A stretch of 64,000 bases of DNA, taken from the sequence record NC_028927.1. The stretch is one strand, 5' to 3'. Below the pieces are notes generated by a model that was not told the origin of the DNA, did not search any database, and saw only the letters and a program-made list of their open reading frames with translations. This DNA is from Escherichia phage slur02. Below are positions 61,398 to 64,000 of the stretch, piece after piece (the stretch's first letter is position 1; each line of letters starts with the position of its first letter). The position numbers and the translations under genes were made by a program.

Positions 61398-62056
61398 TGA
61401 GTTTACTTAATAATAAAGCGGGAGTTATTTCCCGCTTAGCCGATTTTCTTGGTTTTAGACCTAAAGCTGGTAATATAGATGTAATGAATCGTCAATCAGT
61501 TGGGTCAGTGACAATTTCTCAATTAGCGAAAGGATTTTATGAACCAAACGTAGAATCAGCTATTAATGACGTTCATAATTTTTCTATAAAAGACGTTGGT
61601 ACAATTATTACTAATAAAACTGGTGTTTCTCCTGAAGGTGTTTCTCAAACTGATTATTGGGCATTTTCTGGAACTGTAACAGACGATTCTCTTCCTCCTG
61701 GTTCGCCTGTTACGGTATTAGTATTTGGTCTTCCAGTTTCAGCAACAACTGGAATGACGGCAATTGAGTTTGTTGCAAAAGTTCGTGTTGCCCTTCAAGA
61801 AGCTATTGCGTCATTTACTGCTATCAACTCATATAAAGACCATCCAACAGATGGTAGTAAATTAGAAGTTACTTATTTAGATAATCAAAAACATGTATTA
61901 AGCACATATTCTACATATGGAATAACTATTTCGCAGGAAATTATTTCTGAGTCTAAACCTGGCTACGGTACATGGAATTTATTAGGCGCACAAACTGTAA
62001 CTTTAGATAATCAGCAGACTCCTACAGTATTTTATCATTTTGAGAGAACAGCATGA
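61397..62056 (+). CDS. 11: baseplate protein gp11 (short tail-fibre attachment)
   Basis: 219 aa from ATG overlapping the gp10 stop (TAATG). Confidence 0.9.
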   Translation: MSLLNNKAGVISRLADFLGFRPKAGNIDVMNRQSVGSVTISQLAKGFYEPNVESAINDVHNFSIKDVGTIITNKTGVSPEGVSQTDYWAFSGTVTDDSLPPGSPVTVLVFGLPVSATTGMTAIEFVAKVRVALQEAIASFTAINSYKDHPTDGSKLEVTYLDNQKHVLSTYSTYGITISQEIISESKPGYGTWNLLGAQTVTLDNQQTPTVFYHFERTA

Positions 62057-63636
62057 GTAATAATACATATCAACACGTTTCTAATGAATCTCGTTATGTA
62101 AAATTTGATCCAACTGGTACAAATTTTCCGGAAGAGATTACTGATGTTCAGGCTGCTATAGCAGCCATTTCTCCTGCTGGCGTAAATGGAGTTCCTGATG
62201 CATCGTCAACAACAAAGGGAATTTTATTTCTTGCCACTGAACAGGAAGTTATAGATGGAACTAATAATACCAAAGCAGTTACACCAGCAACGTTGGCAAC
62301 AAGATTATCATATCCAAACGCAACTGAAACTGTTTACGGATTAACAAGATATTCAACCAATGATGAAGCCATTGCCGGAGTTAATAACGAATCTTCTATA
62401 ACTCCGGCTAAATTTACTACAGCAATTAATCACATTTTTGATACACGAATTTCTTCTGAAAGTTCACTTGGCGTTATTAAGTTATCATCTCTACCGCAAG
62501 CATTAGCTGGTGCAGATGATACTACTGCAATGACTCCATTAAAAACGCAGCAGTTAGCTATTAAATTAATTGCGCAAATTGCTCCTTCTGAAACCACAGC
62601 TACCGAATCGGACCAAGGTGTTGTTCAATTAGCAACAGTAGCGCAGGTTCGTCAGGGAACTTTAAGAGAAGGCTATGCAATTTCTCCTTATACGTTTATG
62701 AATTCATCTGCTACTGAAGAATATAAAGGCGTAATTAAATTAGGAACACAGTCAGAAGTTAACTCGAATAATGCTTCTGTTGCTGTTACTGGTGCAACTC
62801 TTAATGGTCGTGGTTCTACAACGTCAATGAGAGGCGTAGTTAAATTAACTACAACTGCCGGCTCACAGAGTGGAGGTGATGCTTCATCAGCACTAGCTTG
62901 GAATGCTGACGTTATCCATCAAAGAGGCGGTCAAACTATTAATGGAACACTCCGCATTAATAACACGCTTACAATAGCTTCAGGTGGAGCAAATATTACC
63001 GGAACAGTTAACATGACCGGTGGTTATATTCAAGGTAAGCGTGTCGTAACACAAAATGAAATTGATAGAACTATTCCTGTCGGAGCTATTATGATGTGGG
63101 CCGCTGATAGTCTTCCTAGTGATGCTTGGCGTTTTTGCCACGGTGGAACTGTTTCAGCATCAGATTGTCCATTATATGCTTCTAGAATTGGAACAAGATA
63201 CGGCGGAAGTTCATCAAATCCTGGATTACCTGATATGCGTGGTCTTTTTGTTCGCGGCTCTGGTCGTGGCTCTCACTTAACAAATCCAAATGTTAATGGT
63301 AATGACCAGTTTGGTAAGCCTAGATTAGGTGTAGGTTGTACTGGTGGATATGTTGGTGAAGTACAAAAACAGCAGATGTCTTATCATAAACATGCTGGTG
63401 GATTTGGTGAGCATGATGATTCTGGAGCATTCGGTAATACCCGTAGATCAAATTTTGTTGGTACACGTAAAGGACTTGACTGGGATAACCGTTCATACTT
63501 CACCAATGACGGATATGAAATTGACCCGGCATCACAACGAAATTCCAAATATACATTAAATCGTCCTGAATTAATTGGAAATGAAACACGTCCATGGAAC
63601 ATTTCTTTAAACTACATAATTAAGGTAAAAGAATGA
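62053..63636 (+). CDS. 12: short tail fibre gp12
   Basis: 527 aa; T4 synteny. Confidence 0.92.
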   Translation: MSNNTYQHVSNESRYVKFDPTGTNFPEEITDVQAAIAAISPAGVNGVPDASSTTKGILFLATEQEVIDGTNNTKAVTPATLATRLSYPNATETVYGLTRYSTNDEAIAGVNNESSITPAKFTTAINHIFDTRISSESSLGVIKLSSLPQALAGADDTTAMTPLKTQQLAIKLIAQIAPSETTATESDQGVVQLATVAQVRQGTLREGYAISPYTFMNSSATEEYKGVIKLGTQSEVNSNNASVAVTGATLNGRGSTTSMRGVVKLTTTAGSQSGGDASSALAWNADVIHQRGGQTINGTLRINNTLTIASGGANITGTVNMTGGYIQGKRVVTQNEIDRTIPVGAIMMWAADSLPSDAWRFCHGGTVSASDCPLYASRIGTRYGGSSSNPGLPDMRGLFVRGSGRGSHLTNPNVNGNDQFGKPRLGVGCTGGYVGEVQKQQMSYHKHAGGFGEHDDSGAFGNTRRSNFVGTRKGLDWDNRSYFTNDGYEIDPASQRNSKYTLNRPELIGNETRPWNISLNYIIKVKE

Positions 63637-64000
63637 CAGATATTGTACTGAATGACTTACCATTCGTTGACGGCCCTCCTACAGAGGGCCAGAGCCGCAT
63701 TTCCTGGATTAAAAACGGCGAAGAAATATTAGGAGCTGACACACAGTATGGAAGCGAAGGTTCAATGAATAGACCTACAGTTTCTGTACTAAGAAATGTT
63801 GAAGTTCTTGATAAAAACATTGGAATACTTAAAACATCTTTAGAAACCGCAAATAGTGATATTAAAACCATCCAGGGCATCTTAGATGTATCTGGTGATA
63901 TAGAAGCTTTAGCACAAATAAGTATCAATAAAAAGGATATTTCTGATCTCAAAACGCTAACCAGTGAACATACAGAAATATTAAATGGAACTAATAGTAC
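63633..64000 (+). CDS. wac: fibritin (whisker) Wac, N-terminal part; gene runs off the window
   Basis: [43 protein letters not shown] matches the T4 fibritin N-terminus as recalled. Confidence 0.9.
   Translation, partial: MTDIVLNDLPFVDGPPTEGQSRISWIKNGEEILGADTQYGSEGSMNRPTVSVLRNVEVLDKNIGILKTSLETANSDIKTIQGILDVSGDIEALAQISINKKDISDLKTLTSEHTEILNGTNS

Noticed and set aside
63620-63952. Minus-strand ORF 63620-63952 (110 aa)
   Set aside because: Antisense to the wac N-terminus, which matches T4 fibritin

Overview
This 64 kb window is a contiguous segment of a T4-like (T-even, Tequatrovirus-type) myovirus genome. Positions 1-49404 are the early/middle region, all on the minus strand: imm (partial), gene 43 DNA polymerase, regA, 62, 44, 45, rpbA, 46, 47, agt, 55, nrdH/nrdG/nrdD, 49, pin, nrdC and its downstream ORF cluster, rI, tk, the tk/vs/regB cluster, denV, e (lysozyme), nudE, the e.x ORFs, an 11-gene tRNA cluster, 57B (Acb1), 57A, and genes 1, 3, 2, 4. 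Positions 49452-64000 are the plus-strand late baseplate and tail-fibre module: 53, 5, 5.1, 5.4, 6, 7, 8, 9, 10, 11, 12 and the start of wac. Core proteins are near-identical to T4 as recalled from memory. The sequence also shows repeated T4-type early promoters (GTTTAC -35 with an extended -10) sharing a conserved leader, MotA-box middle promoters, TATAAATA late promoters, and many UUCG/GNRA-tetraloop hairpins. I found no single obviously novel multi-gene system. The most interesting departures from canonical T4 are: three extra tRNAs (Tyr-GUA, Asn-GUU, His-GUG); internal-protein-like genes in non-T4 positions, one of them a cassette flanked by identical 34-bp terminator repeats; two secreted/lipoprotein ORFs between imm and gene 43; an intron-less nrdD with no recognisable homing endonucleases; and several uncharacterised modules (four tandem coiled-coil paralogs, a nucleotidyltransferase + P-loop ATPase pair, a macro-domain protein, a PspA-like protein). 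All homology statements come from reading the translations and from memory of the T4 literature; no database search was run. Non-CDS coordinates were indexed by hand and may be off by 1-2 nt.
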